The position numbers and the translations under genes were made by a program. Below the pieces are notes generated by a model that was not told where the DNA came from, did no database searches, and worked only from the letters and a program-made list of their open reading frames with translations. From an uncultured Candidatus Nitrosopelagicus sp. (GTDB taxonomy: Archaea; Thermoproteota; Nitrososphaeria; Nitrososphaerales; Nitrosopumilaceae), in the NCBI GenBank assembly GCA_937896695.1, contig CALBOT010000096.1:1-48369 (forward strand): DNA of 48,369 bases. The letters run 5' to 3'. This document shows positions 18,247 to 28,375 of this stretch, piece after piece (positions within the stretch are counted from its first letter, which is position 1; every line of letters starts with the position of its first letter).

Positions 18247-18660
18247 ATGGGTTATGTAAAAAACCATCTTGCAACACTAGTTGCAGGCGTCTGGGCAATT
18301 ATTTTGACTGGATTGTATTTCCCATTAGTTGATTATGCACCACAATTGGAGTTTGTTTTCATAATGGCTATTCCAATCATGTGGTTCATGGTATTTGTCA
18401 TTTGGATTGCTCAATTAGCAGCAGATCGCAATCATGGAACAGATCATTCTCATGACGAAAAAAAAAACAATGAGCTTACCGAAAAAGAAATTACTACATA
18501 CAAACTAGGCTTAGAGAAGGATCTTTCAGATGTACATGATGCAAAAGATGAAGAAATTGCACATCTAAAAAGTGAAATTGAGAATCTGAAAACAAAAGTT
18601 GAGATTGAAACAATTCGTGCAGAAATTTACAACTTGAAGATGTTAGCTCAAGAAAAATAA
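18247..18660 (+). CDS. 2-TM membrane protein with His patch and C-terminal coiled coil
   Basis: Two TM segments, HGTDHSH, and a heptad-like EIAHLKSEIENLK tail. Confidence 0.75.
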   Translation: MGYVKNHLATLVAGVWAIILTGLYFPLVDYAPQLEFVFIMAIPIMWFMVFVIWIAQLAADRNHGTDHSHDEKKNNELTEKEITTYKLGLEKDLSDVHDAKDEEIAHLKSEIENLKTKVEIETIRAEIYNLKMLAQEK

Positions 18661-18780
18661 TTATTCTTTACAGTGTTCACACTTGAACTCAAAATTATGA
18701 TTCTTCTTACAACCTGGGCAGCTCTCTGCTCCACCAAAGTGACATTCACAATCACATTTTTGGTTTGGTTCCATTTCCAT
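18661..18780 (-). CDS. 39-aa Cys/His-rich metallothionein-like peptide
   Basis: Not in ORF track. MEMEPNQKCDCECHFGGAESCPGCKKNHNFEFKCEHCKE has 7 Cys and 3 His; a TATA-like element lies ~25 nt upstream. Confidence 0.75.
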   Translation of the reverse strand: MEMEPNQKCDCECHFGGAESCPGCKKNHNFEFKCEHCKE

Positions 18781-18831
18781 GACGATGAATTGTTAGTCAT
18801 CTTAATATATTATTGAGCAATAATTTTTTTA

Positions 18832-19239
18832 ATGAAGACAAAAATTGGAATTTTTGCTGGATTATTTGTTTTAGTTGCAATGATTGGAATATCGCCATCA
18901 TTTGCTGACTCTAACACCACTGTACTTTCTACCACTGATGGTATACAGCTAACAAAAACAGTTGTACCAATGTCAATACCTTCTGATAATACAATGCCAT
19001 GGGGATTCATTGAGGGTACAGTAGAAAATCATGCAGAAGGTTATCCTGTAATACTACAAATCTATCAAAATGATGAACCAGTTCATTTTGCACAAACTGA
19101 TGTAAATGAAGATGGTACATACGAATACAAATTTCGTGCAAGAAATGTAGATGGAAATAATGTAGTTAATGTCTACGAAGGTGATTATGAAGTTAAAATC
19201 TTCAAATCAATACAAATTACAGGTAAAAATCTAATCTAA
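18832..19239 (+). CDS. Secreted beta-sandwich protein
   Basis: Signal peptide (..SPSFA); DVNEDGTYEYKF and GDYEVKI Ig-like pattern. Confidence 0.8.
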   Translation: MKTKIGIFAGLFVLVAMIGISPSFADSNTTVLSTTDGIQLTKTVVPMSIPSDNTMPWGFIEGTVENHAEGYPVILQIYQNDEPVHFAQTDVNEDGTYEYKFRARNVDGNNVVNVYEGDYEVKIFKSIQITGKNLI

Positions 19240-19763
19240 TTTTTTTTTGCTATTTCTAATGTTTTATCTACCATTTCATTTAATCTAGATTTTACTTCTT
19301 CATCTGAAATTTTTCCATTTTCAATTGCATCGCCTGTTGAATATACCGCAGTAGGATTTGTAATTACTCTGAAATATGACATTAATTGTGTAAATAATGT
19401 TTGTACATCGCCAAAGCTAATTGTACCTCCAGCAACAATTGCAAATCCTGCTGTTTTTCCTTCAGTTTCTTTGTAACTGATAAATTCAAAAATGTTTTTC
19501 AAGGCTGAACTAAACATGGAATTATAAACTGGAACTCCCACTAACCATACATCTGCTTCTGTAATGTCTTTTGCAGCTTGTAATGTTTTATCATTATAAT
19601 TTATCTCGTTTGTGGCTCCTCTAAATGACTCAAATCCATCCTCGGATAAATTGATGAATTTTACTTGTACATCTTTTTGATTCACATATTCAAGAACATG
19701 TTTCATCATGATCTGCGTATTTCCATTTTTTCTTGGACTTCCAGATAGAACTATGACTTTCAT
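19236..19763 (-). CDS. NADPH-dependent FMN reductase
   Basis: SGSPRKNGNT and PVYN..SSALKN flavodoxin-like motifs. Confidence 0.92.
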   Translation of the reverse strand: MKVIVLSGSPRKNGNTQIMMKHVLEYVNQKDVQVKFINLSEDGFESFRGATNEINYNDKTLQAAKDITEADVWLVGVPVYNSMFSSALKNIFEFISYKETEGKTAGFAIVAGGTISFGDVQTLFTQLMSYFRVITNPTAVYSTGDAIENGKISDEEVKSRLNEMVDKTLEIAKKN

Positions 19764-19803
19764 GTCTTTTATCGAATTTATACATAATTTAAGTAATAAA
19801 AAG

Positions 19804-19878
19804 CGGGCTCGAAGGGCTTCGATCCCTCGACCTATAGCTTAGGAAGCTACTGCGCTATCCATGCTGCGCCACGAGCCC
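19804..19878 (-). tRNA. tRNA-Arg(CCT)
   Basis: Minus strand GGGCTCG...GTAGC-TT-CCT-AA-GCTAT...GAGGG-ATCGAAG-CCCTT-CGAGCCC-G cloverleaf. Confidence 0.95.
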
Positions 19879-19908
19879 AGCAGAAAAATAAATTGAAATA
19901 ATTTAAGC

Positions 19909-20613
19909 TTACTTGAGATTGGATTCAATCATTTTTTTAATTATGTTCCAAGAATCATTCTCTTTTTGTTCCCATTTTTCAAAATAAATGACATCTTTCA
20001 GTTCTAATCTTGGAAGCCAACCTGAGCGTTCCAAGTCTGGTTTTGTTTCAAAATTTGTCACATGACCAAGGCAAAGATAAGCAACAGGAACAATATGTTC
20101 CGGCAAATTCAATTCTTCTTTTAACACTTCATTAGATACTATGCTAACCCAACCTAAACCAATATTTTCTGCTCTTGCTGCTAACCATAAATTCTGTATT
20201 GCACCACAAACACTGTAAATTCCAGCCTCTGGTATACTCGTTGTCCCTATAATGAATGGTCCAAATTTTGTAGGATCATATGTAACGCAAACGTTGACAT
20301 CTGATTCCATTATTCCTTCTAATTTTAAAGAAAGATATTCGGATCTTTTTGGGTCTTCAACTAATTTCGATGCACGTTCATGTTCTTTTTGAAAAGATTC
20401 TTTGACTTTTTGTTTTGTTTTCAAATCTTTTATCAAAATAAAGTTCCATGGCTGTGAAAACCCAACAGATGGTGCATGATGTGCAGCATGAAGAATCTTC
20501 ATTAGTGTTTCTTCATTAATTGATTCTTGTGTAAAATGTGACCTAACATCTCTTCTAGAGTATATTGCTTTGTAAAATCCTGCTTTTTCATCATCTGTAA
20601 ATTCATCGTTCAA
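19909..20613 (-). CDS. bluB: 5,6-dimethylbenzimidazole synthase
   Basis: RRDVRSHF, APSVGFSQPWNF, AIQNLWLAARAENIGLGWVS and PDLERSGW. Confidence 0.95.
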   Translation of the reverse strand: MNDEFTDDEKAGFYKAIYSRRDVRSHFTQESINEETLMKILHAAHHAPSVGFSQPWNFILIKDLKTKQKVKESFQKEHERASKLVEDPKRSEYLSLKLEGIMESDVNVCVTYDPTKFGPFIIGTTSIPEAGIYSVCGAIQNLWLAARAENIGLGWVSIVSNEVLKEELNLPEHIVPVAYLCLGHVTNFETKPDLERSGWLPRLELKDVIYFEKWEQKENDSWNIIKKMIESNLK

Positions 20614-20678
20614 TTTTCTAGCCTCATTTACATCACCTCTTAAACGTTAATAATGTTCTTTCAAATTTTTTAATTCAC

Positions 20679-20753
20679 GGGCCGGTGGTCTAGTTTGGTT
20701 ATGATACTGCCTCGACACGGCAGTGATCGAGAGTTCAAATCTCTCCCGGCCCA
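20679..20753 (+). tRNA. tRNA-Val(GAC)
   Basis: GGGCCGG...CTGCC-TC-GAC-AC-GGCAG...GAGAG-TTCAAAT-CTCTC-CCGGCCC-A cloverleaf. Confidence 0.97.
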
Positions 20754-20768
20754 CTCTAAATTTTAAAA

Positions 20769-21263
20769 TTAAGATCTAGTATCAAAATCTAGTTCAACAA
20801 TGCTCCATGCTGATTCTACTGTCATCATACCTGTTGCACTATATTGAATTGGTTGTCCACTAATTATTTTATCATAAACGGTTTTGTTCATATCTGACAT
20901 TACAATAGTTAATTTATTTTTTAATGGAATCTCTGCATCAGGATAAAATGCTGCACGACCTGGCATTGCCACGTCTTCTGTTGAGTAGGTTCCACTTCCA
21001 ACTTCACTTCCGTCAGCATACAACTGATATGTAATTACTGGTACAGTAACTGTAACATCTCCGTTATTTGCTACAAGAAATGTAACTTGTAGTGTTGCAC
21101 GACTCTCAACACTGTTCACATCAGTTAGTTCAACAGATTGTAATTCAATTGTAGCCATAGAAAGATCGTCATTATCCAAACTTGCATAATAAACAATTCC
21201 TCCCATTAATCCTAACAATGCAATAATTGCAACAACTAGTATTGAACGACCTGGTGGATTCAT
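20769..21263 (-). CDS. LEA type 2 / WHy domain membrane-anchored protein
   Basis: N-terminal TM; VTFLVANNG..ITYQLYADG..VGSG is an NPN-like WHy motif. Confidence 0.75.
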   Translation of the reverse strand: MNPPGRSILVVAIIALLGLMGGIVYYASLDNDDLSMATIELQSVELTDVNSVESRATLQVTFLVANNGDVTVTVPVITYQLYADGSEVGSGTYSTEDVAMPGRAAFYPDAEIPLKNKLTIVMSDMNKTVYDKIISGQPIQYSATGMMTVESAWSIVELDFDTRS

Positions 21264-21334
21264 TAATATTTTTTTTAGATTTTATACTAAAAAACCTTGT
21301 TAAGAGTCAAATAGAGTTCTAACCACCAATTGTC

Positions 21335-21835
21335 ATGGCATTAGAACAGGCATTACTAACATGGATTCACATTACTAGTGCATCCATCTGGGTAGGTGGT
21401 TCTTTATTCATAGGTGTAGTATTTGCACCAATTTTAAAAAAAATGTCAATGCCTGTTGAAGAAAGAATACAATTAATGGTGCAAGTTGGAAGACGTTTTA
21501 ACAAATTTGCCTTACCGGCATTATTCATTCTGATTGCAACAGGACTATATCAAGCACATCTTGTATTACAAAAATCTGATATTTTGTATGAAACTAGTTA
21601 TGGTCATGTTTTAATCATAAAAATAATTCTAGTTGCAGCATTGTTAATTCTATATGCTGTTCATGTTAGAATAATTAGAAAAGATGTGGAAGACAAAATT
21701 ATTGCAAAAGAAATGCCTCAAGAACAATTACAAAAATTAAGAAAAAAAATTATCATACTGGGAGAGGTGACTGTCGTTTTGTCTGTAATAATTTTGTTCT
21801 TAGCAGCTGTACTTAATGCTGGTGGACAATTATGA
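21335..21835 (+). CDS. CopD-like / DUF4149 membrane protein
   Basis: HITSASIWVGG, TGLYQ and YGHVLIIKIIL. Confidence 0.75.
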   Translation: MALEQALLTWIHITSASIWVGGSLFIGVVFAPILKKMSMPVEERIQLMVQVGRRFNKFALPALFILIATGLYQAHLVLQKSDILYETSYGHVLIIKIILVAALLILYAVHVRIIRKDVEDKIIAKEMPQEQLQKLRKKIIILGEVTVVLSVIILFLAAVLNAGGQL

Positions 21836-22326
21836 TTGGATTTCTAATAGGTAGATTCCAACCATTTCATTTAGGACATTTGGAAGCAATCAAATTTGCA
21901 TTATCAAAAGTAGAACACCTTCATGTTGGAATAGGAAGCTCAAACAAGAGTCATGAAAAAAGAAATCCCTTTACTGCTGATGAAAGAAAAAAGATGATTT
22001 TATCATCCATAGATGATGAAATAGAAAAAAATGTATCATTACACTACATTCCTGATGTTAATGATCACTCAAAATGGACGCATCTTGTAGATGAAATAAT
22101 TCCTCAATATGATGTAGTTTTCTCAAATGATGATTTTACACACGAGCTTTATGGTAAACGAGGAAAATCCATAATTTCTGTAGATCTTAAATCCCGTAGT
22201 GATCTATCTGGAACTAATATACGAAATCTCATACTGAACGATCAAAATTGGAAACAATTCCTTCCTTCAGGAACTGTGGAAGTTTTATCACAAATTGACG
22301 CAAAAAAACGACTGGAAGATCTTTAA
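21832..22326 (+). CDS. nadM: Nicotinamide-nucleotide adenylyltransferase (archaeal)
   Basis: GRFQPFHLGH, IGSS, NPFTADER and SGTNIR. Confidence 0.9.
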   Translation: MIGFLIGRFQPFHLGHLEAIKFALSKVEHLHVGIGSSNKSHEKRNPFTADERKKMILSSIDDEIEKNVSLHYIPDVNDHSKWTHLVDEIIPQYDVVFSNDDFTHELYGKRGKSIISVDLKSRSDLSGTNIRNLILNDQNWKQFLPSGTVEVLSQIDAKKRLEDL

Positions 22327-22369
22327 TTATAAATAACCTTCATACAGTTCAAGCTTAGGAGAAATTAAT

Positions 22370-23524
22370 TTGGAATATTTAGTTATGTTACCTGGTCCAA
22401 CAAATGTACCAGAACGTGTTACTCGTGCAATGATTACTCCATCAATAAATCACAGAAGTGATGATTTTGTTGAACTGTATGAGGAATGTGTAGATAACAC
22501 AAAAAAAATATTTGAAACAGAAGGAGATGCAGTTTGTCTTTCTGCTTCTGGAACTGGTGCAACAGAATGTTCTGTTGTAAATTTAATTAAAAAAGATGAT
22601 AAAGTAATAATTCCTGTTAACGGTGAATTTAGTACTCGTTTAGCACAACAAATTGAATGGGCAGGCGGTCAAGCAATTAGAATTGAGACTGAACCTGGTG
22701 TCAATGCAACATATGATCAGGTCAAAGAGGCCTTTGATAATAACAAAGATGTAAAAGCATTCTATTGTGTTTGGAATGAAACATCAACTGGAACTATGAT
22801 TAATTATTTAGATAGAATAAAAGATCTAACATCAAGAAATGATTCTTACTATGTTTTAGATGGTGTTTCAATTGTTGGTGGAGAAGAACTTCATATGGAT
22901 AAATGGGGAATTGATATTGCAATGACAGGTGCTCAAAAAGCATTTGCGTGCCCACCTGGAATTTCACCAATTTGTATTAATGGAAGAACTAGAAAATACA
23001 TGGAAGCTAATCCACCAAATACAATGTATTTCAATTTACCAAGATACTTCAAGTATTATGATGAAGCAAAGCATACACCTTTCACTCCTGCATTGCCTGT
23101 TTTGTATGCATACAGAGAGGCAATGAGAATCATTCTAGAAGAAGGAATGGAAAAAAGAATTCAAAGACACAGAACATGTTCAGATGCATTGTACTCTGGT
23201 CTTTCTGCAATTGGTTTATCCCCATTTGCCGATGAAAACTCTCGCTCTACTGTTGTTATTGCATTGAACTATCTTGATGGATTAGAAGATAAAATATTCC
23301 GTGATACACTTGCAAAGAAATTTAGAATTCTAGTAGCCGGCGGATTTGGAAATCTAAAAGGCAAAGTCTTCAGAGTTGGTTGTATGGGTGAAGTAAATCG
23401 TTATCATGTAATGAGATGCATATCAGGAATTGCATCTACATTGGCAATGATGGGTTATGATACTGATGCACAAGCAGGTCTTAAGGTCGCTGAAGAAAAA
23501 CTAAAGCCACTAGAGTCGCTCTAA
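22370..23524 (+). CDS. Serine/alanine-glyoxylate aminotransferase family (class V)
   Basis: LPGPT, SGTGA, NETSTG, QKAFACPPG, PFTP and FRVGCMG. Confidence 0.93.
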   Translation: MEYLVMLPGPTNVPERVTRAMITPSINHRSDDFVELYEECVDNTKKIFETEGDAVCLSASGTGATECSVVNLIKKDDKVIIPVNGEFSTRLAQQIEWAGGQAIRIETEPGVNATYDQVKEAFDNNKDVKAFYCVWNETSTGTMINYLDRIKDLTSRNDSYYVLDGVSIVGGEELHMDKWGIDIAMTGAQKAFACPPGISPICINGRTRKYMEANPPNTMYFNLPRYFKYYDEAKHTPFTPALPVLYAYREAMRIILEEGMEKRIQRHRTCSDALYSGLSAIGLSPFADENSRSTVVIALNYLDGLEDKIFRDTLAKKFRILVAGGFGNLKGKVFRVGCMGEVNRYHVMRCISGIASTLAMMGYDTDAQAGLKVAEEKLKPLESL

Positions 23525-23555
23525 CTTAATATAAGGAAATTCAAAATCGACTACG

Positions 23556-24305
23556 TTGACATTCAAAAAAGGACAATTAATTTTACTTGATTATACTGCC
23601 AAAATTAAAGACAGTGGTGAAGTTTTTGAAACCACAAGTGAAGATGAAGCAAAAAAACACTCCATCCATGATCCTAATGTAAAATATATGCCAAAATTAG
23701 TTTCTGTAGGAGAAGCATGGGTTCTCAAAGGATTAGATGATGCCTTACCTGAAACAAAAGCAGGTGAAAAAAAGACAATTGAAGTTTCACCTGACAAAGG
23801 ATTTGGTGCAAGAGACAAAGGTAAAGTTAGAATGATTCCTCTAAGAAAACTTGGAGAGGATGCAGAAAAAGTATCTGTAGGCGATACTGTAGAAATTGAT
23901 AACAAAAAAGGAATTATTCGTTTCATTGGTTCTGGTAGAGTTCAAATTGATTACAATCATAGATTTGCAGGAAAAACAATCGTTTACGATGTTGATGTAA
24001 AAAAATCTCTTGATTCAGACGATGACAAAGTAACTGAAATTCTAAAATCAAGATTACCTGTAGAAAATGATAAAATAAATTTCAAAAAAACAGGTACTAC
24101 AGTAGACATTACAATTCCTGAAGAAATCTACAGAGCAGATGGATTAGCAATAATCAAACATTTTACTCAAATGGATCTATTCAAGTTTGTTCCATCTCTT
24201 GGCAAAGTTAACTTTGTAGAATCATACGAGAACAAACAAGCCAAAAAAGAACCGGTTAAGAAGCTTGATCCTGAAAATAAACCAAAACTAAAATCTAAAG
24301 AATAA
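23556..24305 (+). CDS. slyD: Long-type FKBP peptidyl-prolyl isomerase
   Basis: DYTAK, VLKGLD, PDKGFG and DYNHRFAGK. Confidence 0.9.
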   Translation: MTFKKGQLILLDYTAKIKDSGEVFETTSEDEAKKHSIHDPNVKYMPKLVSVGEAWVLKGLDDALPETKAGEKKTIEVSPDKGFGARDKGKVRMIPLRKLGEDAEKVSVGDTVEIDNKKGIIRFIGSGRVQIDYNHRFAGKTIVYDVDVKKSLDSDDDKVTEILKSRLPVENDKINFKKTGTTVDITIPEEIYRADGLAIIKHFTQMDLFKFVPSLGKVNFVESYENKQAKKEPVKKLDPENKPKLKSKE

Positions 24306-25346
24306 TTATAAAACTCCAGTACTTTTTGCAAGTTTCAATGCTGCCTTTTCAGTCATTTTAACTTCTTTTAATATTGTATATCTCTCAGGTCGTAATGATT
24401 GTGCCATAACAAGTGCTTTAGCTAGTATTGTTGGTTTTAATCCAATTTCTTTTGCAGTTGTTGGTGCACCAGATTTTTTTAATGTTTTAACAATTTCTTT
24501 CCAATTTTGTCCTTGTAACTTTGCAATCATTATGGAACCTATACCACATTTTTCTCCATGTAATCCAATTCCAAACTCTAAATGATCAATTGCATGTGAA
24601 AATAGATGCTCTGCACCTGAACATGGTCTACTACTTCCCGCAATACATGATGCAACTCCTGCACTGATTAATGCTTCAACAATAACTCTAACATCAATCT
24701 TATTTTTAGAAAAATTTTCAGCACTTTCAATTAATATTTCTGCACTCATTGAAGCAAGATTTGCTGAATATCTCCCATAATACTCTCCAACTTTGTCACG
24801 ACCTAATTCCCAATCATGAACCGCAGTTACCTTTGCCATTAAATCTCCACATCCACTTGCAAGCAATTTTTTTGGTGCCTTTTTGATTATGTCTAAATCT
24901 ACAAAAACACCAAGTGGTGCAGTTGCTACCAATGAGTGAGGTTTGTCGCCTCTTACTGAAACAAATGGACTTGCAATTCCATCATGAGAGGCAGAAGTAG
25001 GTATACTGACAAACGGTTTTTTTAGATTAAACGCACATAATTTTGCAATATCTACTGAACGACCTCCTCCTAGACCTATGATTATGTCACTTTTTGTTGA
25101 TTTGACTTTTTTTTGAACTACAACTGTTTCTTTTACTTCATTAGATTTTGCTAAATGCCATACGGCTGATATCTTTGCATTTTTTAATGACTTGTCAATT
25201 TCTTTCCCAATTATCTTTTTTACATTTTTTCCTGAAATTATTGAAACTTTTTTTGGATTGGATAGTGATCGTAAAAACTCTCCAACTTGTCCAATATTTT
25301 TTTCACCAACAACGATCTGCCTTGGAAGTTCCATTGTATGTGACAT
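24306..25346 (-). CDS. egsA: sn-glycerol-1-phosphate dehydrogenase
   Basis: GGGRSVD, TSASHDGIASP, SSRPCSGAEHLFSH and HGEKCG. Start set at MSHTMELP. Confidence 0.96.
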   Translation of the reverse strand: MSHTMELPRQIVVGEKNIGQVGEFLRSLSNPKKVSIISGKNVKKIIGKEIDKSLKNAKISAVWHLAKSNEVKETVVVQKKVKSTKSDIIIGLGGGRSVDIAKLCAFNLKKPFVSIPTSASHDGIASPFVSVRGDKPHSLVATAPLGVFVDLDIIKKAPKKLLASGCGDLMAKVTAVHDWELGRDKVGEYYGRYSANLASMSAEILIESAENFSKNKIDVRVIVEALISAGVASCIAGSSRPCSGAEHLFSHAIDHLEFGIGLHGEKCGIGSIMIAKLQGQNWKEIVKTLKKSGAPTTAKEIGLKPTILAKALVMAQSLRPERYTILKEVKMTEKAALKLAKSTGVL

Positions 25347-25438
25347 TATGCCCTTCTTGCTCAACACTTCGTTCCTATGACAAAGTTATTTAAAAGGGTC
25401 TAATATCATTGATATTGTCTCAAAAACGAGGTAATCTT

Positions 25439-26071
25439 ATGTCAAATAACGTAGAAGAAAAAATATTACACGGAACAACCACTGTAGGTATCAAGGCTAC
25501 AGACGGTGTTGTCTTATGTGCTGATATGAGAGCAAGTGCAGGATATTTTATTGCAAATAACAACACAATGAAAATTCAAAAAATTGAGCAACACGTTGGT
25601 CTTACACTAGCAGGTGGTGTAGCTGATGCACAAAACATTGTTGATGTATTACGTTATCATGCAAATTTACATAGAATTCAAAATCAAGAACCAATTCCAG
25701 TTAACTCATTAGCAAGATTAACCTCTTTGATGTTCCATCAGAATAGAGGTTATCCATTCATTGCAGACATCCTAGTAGGTGGTGTTGATGCAAAAGGTCC
25801 ATCATTATTTAATATCGACATGTTTGGTTCTGTAGAAAATAAAAATTATGTCACAACTGGTAGTGGTTCTCCAGTTGCATATGGTTTGCTAGAAGAAGAA
25901 TACAACAAAGACTTGACACTAGAAGATGCAAAAGTTGTTGCATTGCGTGCAGTCAAAGCAGCCATAACACGAAATATTGGAACTGGTGACGGAATCAACG
26001 TAGCATTGGTTGATAAAAATGGATTCCGTCTTTTAACAGAAGAACAAAAGAAAGCAGTACTCCCTCTTTAG
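25439..26071 (+). CDS. psmB: Proteasome beta subunit
   Basis: Propeptide then HG-TTTVG; GGVADAQ and GSGS; GAGGT RBS before ATG 25439. Confidence 0.97.
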   Translation: MSNNVEEKILHGTTTVGIKATDGVVLCADMRASAGYFIANNNTMKIQKIEQHVGLTLAGGVADAQNIVDVLRYHANLHRIQNQEPIPVNSLARLTSLMFHQNRGYPFIADILVGGVDAKGPSLFNIDMFGSVENKNYVTTGSGSPVAYGLLEEEYNKDLTLEDAKVVALRAVKAAITRNIGTGDGINVALVDKNGFRLLTEEQKKAVLPL

Positions 26072-26076
26072 AATAA

Positions 26077-28014
26077 TTGCAAAAAAAACAACAGCAGCAA
26101 GCAGATCAATCTAGTCAGAATATAATGGCTACCATACTGACAAGTATACCCAAAGATGCAAATGTTACAAAAATTGATTATGAAGGACCTCGTATTGCAC
26201 TATACACTGACAAACCACGTTTCTTAATGGAAAATAATGAAATAATTTCCAATCTTGTTAACCAAATCAAAAAACGAATTGTAATCCGAACAGATGAAAA
26301 AATTAGAAAGTCTGAAGAAGATGCAAGAAAAATTTTAGATTCCCTAGTTCCAGATGAGGCAGGATTAGAAGCTACATTTTTTGATACTGCAACTGGTGAA
26401 GTTTCAATTGAAGTAAAAAGACCGTGGTTATGTCAAAGAAATGCTGATGAGTTTAATCATACTGATGTAACTGAACAGTCTGGTTGGAGATTAAGAATAA
26501 GGAAATCTACTACAAAACCATCAAACACAATAAAATCTATCAATTATCAACTAAAAGTTTCATCATCAGACAGGGCAAAACAGCTAAAATCTGTCGGAGA
26601 AGAAATTTTTAGACCTAGACTTGTACAAAAATCAGAAGTATCCTTGCTAACATTAGGGGGATTCGGACAAGTAGGTCGTTCTTGCATGTTACTGACTACG
26701 CCTGATAGCAAAGTTTTGATTGATTGTGGTGTTAATCCTGGCGCTCGAACTCCATCTGAGGCATATCCACGTTTGGATTGGGCCAATATTTCATTAGACG
26801 AGTTAGATGCTATTGTTATAGGACATGCACACCTAGATCATACGGGATTTTTGCCTGTTTTAACTAAATATGGATACAAAGGACCAATCTATTGTACAGA
26901 ACCTACACTTCCTATGATGAATCTAATTCAGTTAGATGCAATCAAGGTTGCAGGTGCACAGGGTCGTACCCCAATGTATGCAGAAAGAGATGTTCATCAA
27001 ATTATGAGACAAACAATTGGTTTGTCATATGGAACTGTCACTGATATTTCTCCTGACATTAAGCTTGTACTGGCAAACGCTGGTCATATCTTAGGTTCTG
27101 CATCATGTCATTTCCATATCGGTAATGGTGATCATAATTTTGTTTATTCTGGTGATATCAAATATGGAAAAAGTATGCTTTTAGAAAGTGCTGATACAAG
27201 ATTCCCACGTGTAGAAACATTGTTGGTAGAAAGTACATACGGTGCAAAAGAAGACATTCAGCCTACAAGAGAAGAGGTTGAAGGTGCATTCATCAAATCT
27301 GTAAATGAAATTCTCAAGGGTGGAGGCAAAGTTCTCATTCCAATTCCAGCAGTAGGTCGTGCACAAGAATTGATGATGGTCATTGACAAGTACATGAAGT
27401 CTGGTCAGTTAGTTGAATCCCCTGTTTTCATGGAAGGAATGATTCAAGAAGCAACTGCTATACATGAAGCACATCCTGAATACCTTGAAAGATCATTAAA
27501 ACAAAAAATTCTAGAAACTGATGATAACCCATTTGATTCAGAATATTTCACAAACATCGAACATGCAGATGGAAGAGATGAACCATTAAGAGAAGATACT
27601 CCATGTATTGTAATTGCTACATCTGGTATGTTAGAAGGTGGTCCCGTCTTAGAATATTTCAGAAACTTTGCTCCAAGTCCAAAAAATAAAATTCTATTTG
27701 TCTCATATCAGGTTAATGGAACTCTAGGAAGAAGAGTAATGGATGGAGCAAGGCAAGTAACAATCATGGGAAGAGATGGTAAAGTGGAGGTTGTTACAAT
27801 TAACTGTGGTACAGAAAAACTTGAAGGATTCAGTGGCCATAGTGATTACAATCAATTAATGTCATATGTACAAAGATTAAGACCAAAACTTCGTAGAGTT
27901 CTTGTCAATCATGGAGAAAGAAGAAAATCACAGAATCTTTCATCATCAATTAATAGAATGTATAGAGTAACAACTCATTATCCACAAGTTCAAGAAGCTA
28001 TAAAATTATTTTAA
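26077..28014 (+). CDS. fttA: Beta-CASP ribonuclease aCPSF1 / termination factor FttA
   Basis: N-terminal KH domains, VGRSC, HAHLDH, AGHILG and GFSGHSD; conserved psmB linkage. Confidence 0.96.
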   Translation: MQKKQQQQADQSSQNIMATILTSIPKDANVTKIDYEGPRIALYTDKPRFLMENNEIISNLVNQIKKRIVIRTDEKIRKSEEDARKILDSLVPDEAGLEATFFDTATGEVSIEVKRPWLCQRNADEFNHTDVTEQSGWRLRIRKSTTKPSNTIKSINYQLKVSSSDRAKQLKSVGEEIFRPRLVQKSEVSLLTLGGFGQVGRSCMLLTTPDSKVLIDCGVNPGARTPSEAYPRLDWANISLDELDAIVIGHAHLDHTGFLPVLTKYGYKGPIYCTEPTLPMMNLIQLDAIKVAGAQGRTPMYAERDVHQIMRQTIGLSYGTVTDISPDIKLVLANAGHILGSASCHFHIGNGDHNFVYSGDIKYGKSMLLESADTRFPRVETLLVESTYGAKEDIQPTREEVEGAFIKSVNEILKGGGKVLIPIPAVGRAQELMMVIDKYMKSGQLVESPVFMEGMIQEATAIHEAHPEYLERSLKQKILETDDNPFDSEYFTNIEHADGRDEPLREDTPCIVIATSGMLEGGPVLEYFRNFAPSPKNKILFVSYQVNGTLGRRVMDGARQVTIMGRDGKVEVVTINCGTEKLEGFSGHSDYNQLMSYVQRLRPKLRRVLVNHGERRKSQNLSSSINRMYRVTTHYPQVQEAIKLF

Positions 28015-28284
28015 ATCATAATCTGGCTTCCAAATTTTTACATTTGGAGGAGTTACGATAATTCTTTCTTCTCCTAGTCTTGCAATGTCTGCTTCAGCAT
28101 TGCGTGCAATAACATAAAGCTCTTCAACAACTTTGCGTAATTTCTCAACATCTTTCTGTGCCAATGGTGTTACCCTCAAAATTAACACCATTCCCTTTTT
28201 GATGTCTTCTTTTATTGAATGCAAATCACTTGGATCACGAATGGTTATCGCTTTCAAGTACGTTGTATTTTCTTGTTTTTGCAT
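28006..28284 (-). CDS. sepF: Cell division protein SepF (archaeal, short)
   Basis: IKEDIKKGMVLIL...ADIARLGEERIIVTP. Confidence 0.85.
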   Translation of the reverse strand: MQKQENTTYLKAITIRDPSDLHSIKEDIKKGMVLILRVTPLAQKDVEKLRKVVEELYVIARNAEADIARLGEERIIVTPPNVKIWKPDYDLK

Positions 28285-28375
28285 GAGCTTATTGGCGATC
28301 TACACCTTCATAAACTCTTTTGATCTTAAAAAAATTAACAATATTTTTTGTGCGTAATTACCCTAAATCATATGT

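Noticed and set aside
18458-18467. A10 homopolymer as a phase-variation or frameshift site
   Set aside because: The ORF is intact through it and A-runs are common in this AT-rich, Lys-rich genome.
19804-20753. tRNA genes as integration sites of an island
   Set aside because: I saw no integrase and no duplicated tRNA 3' end. The flanking genes look like core genes.
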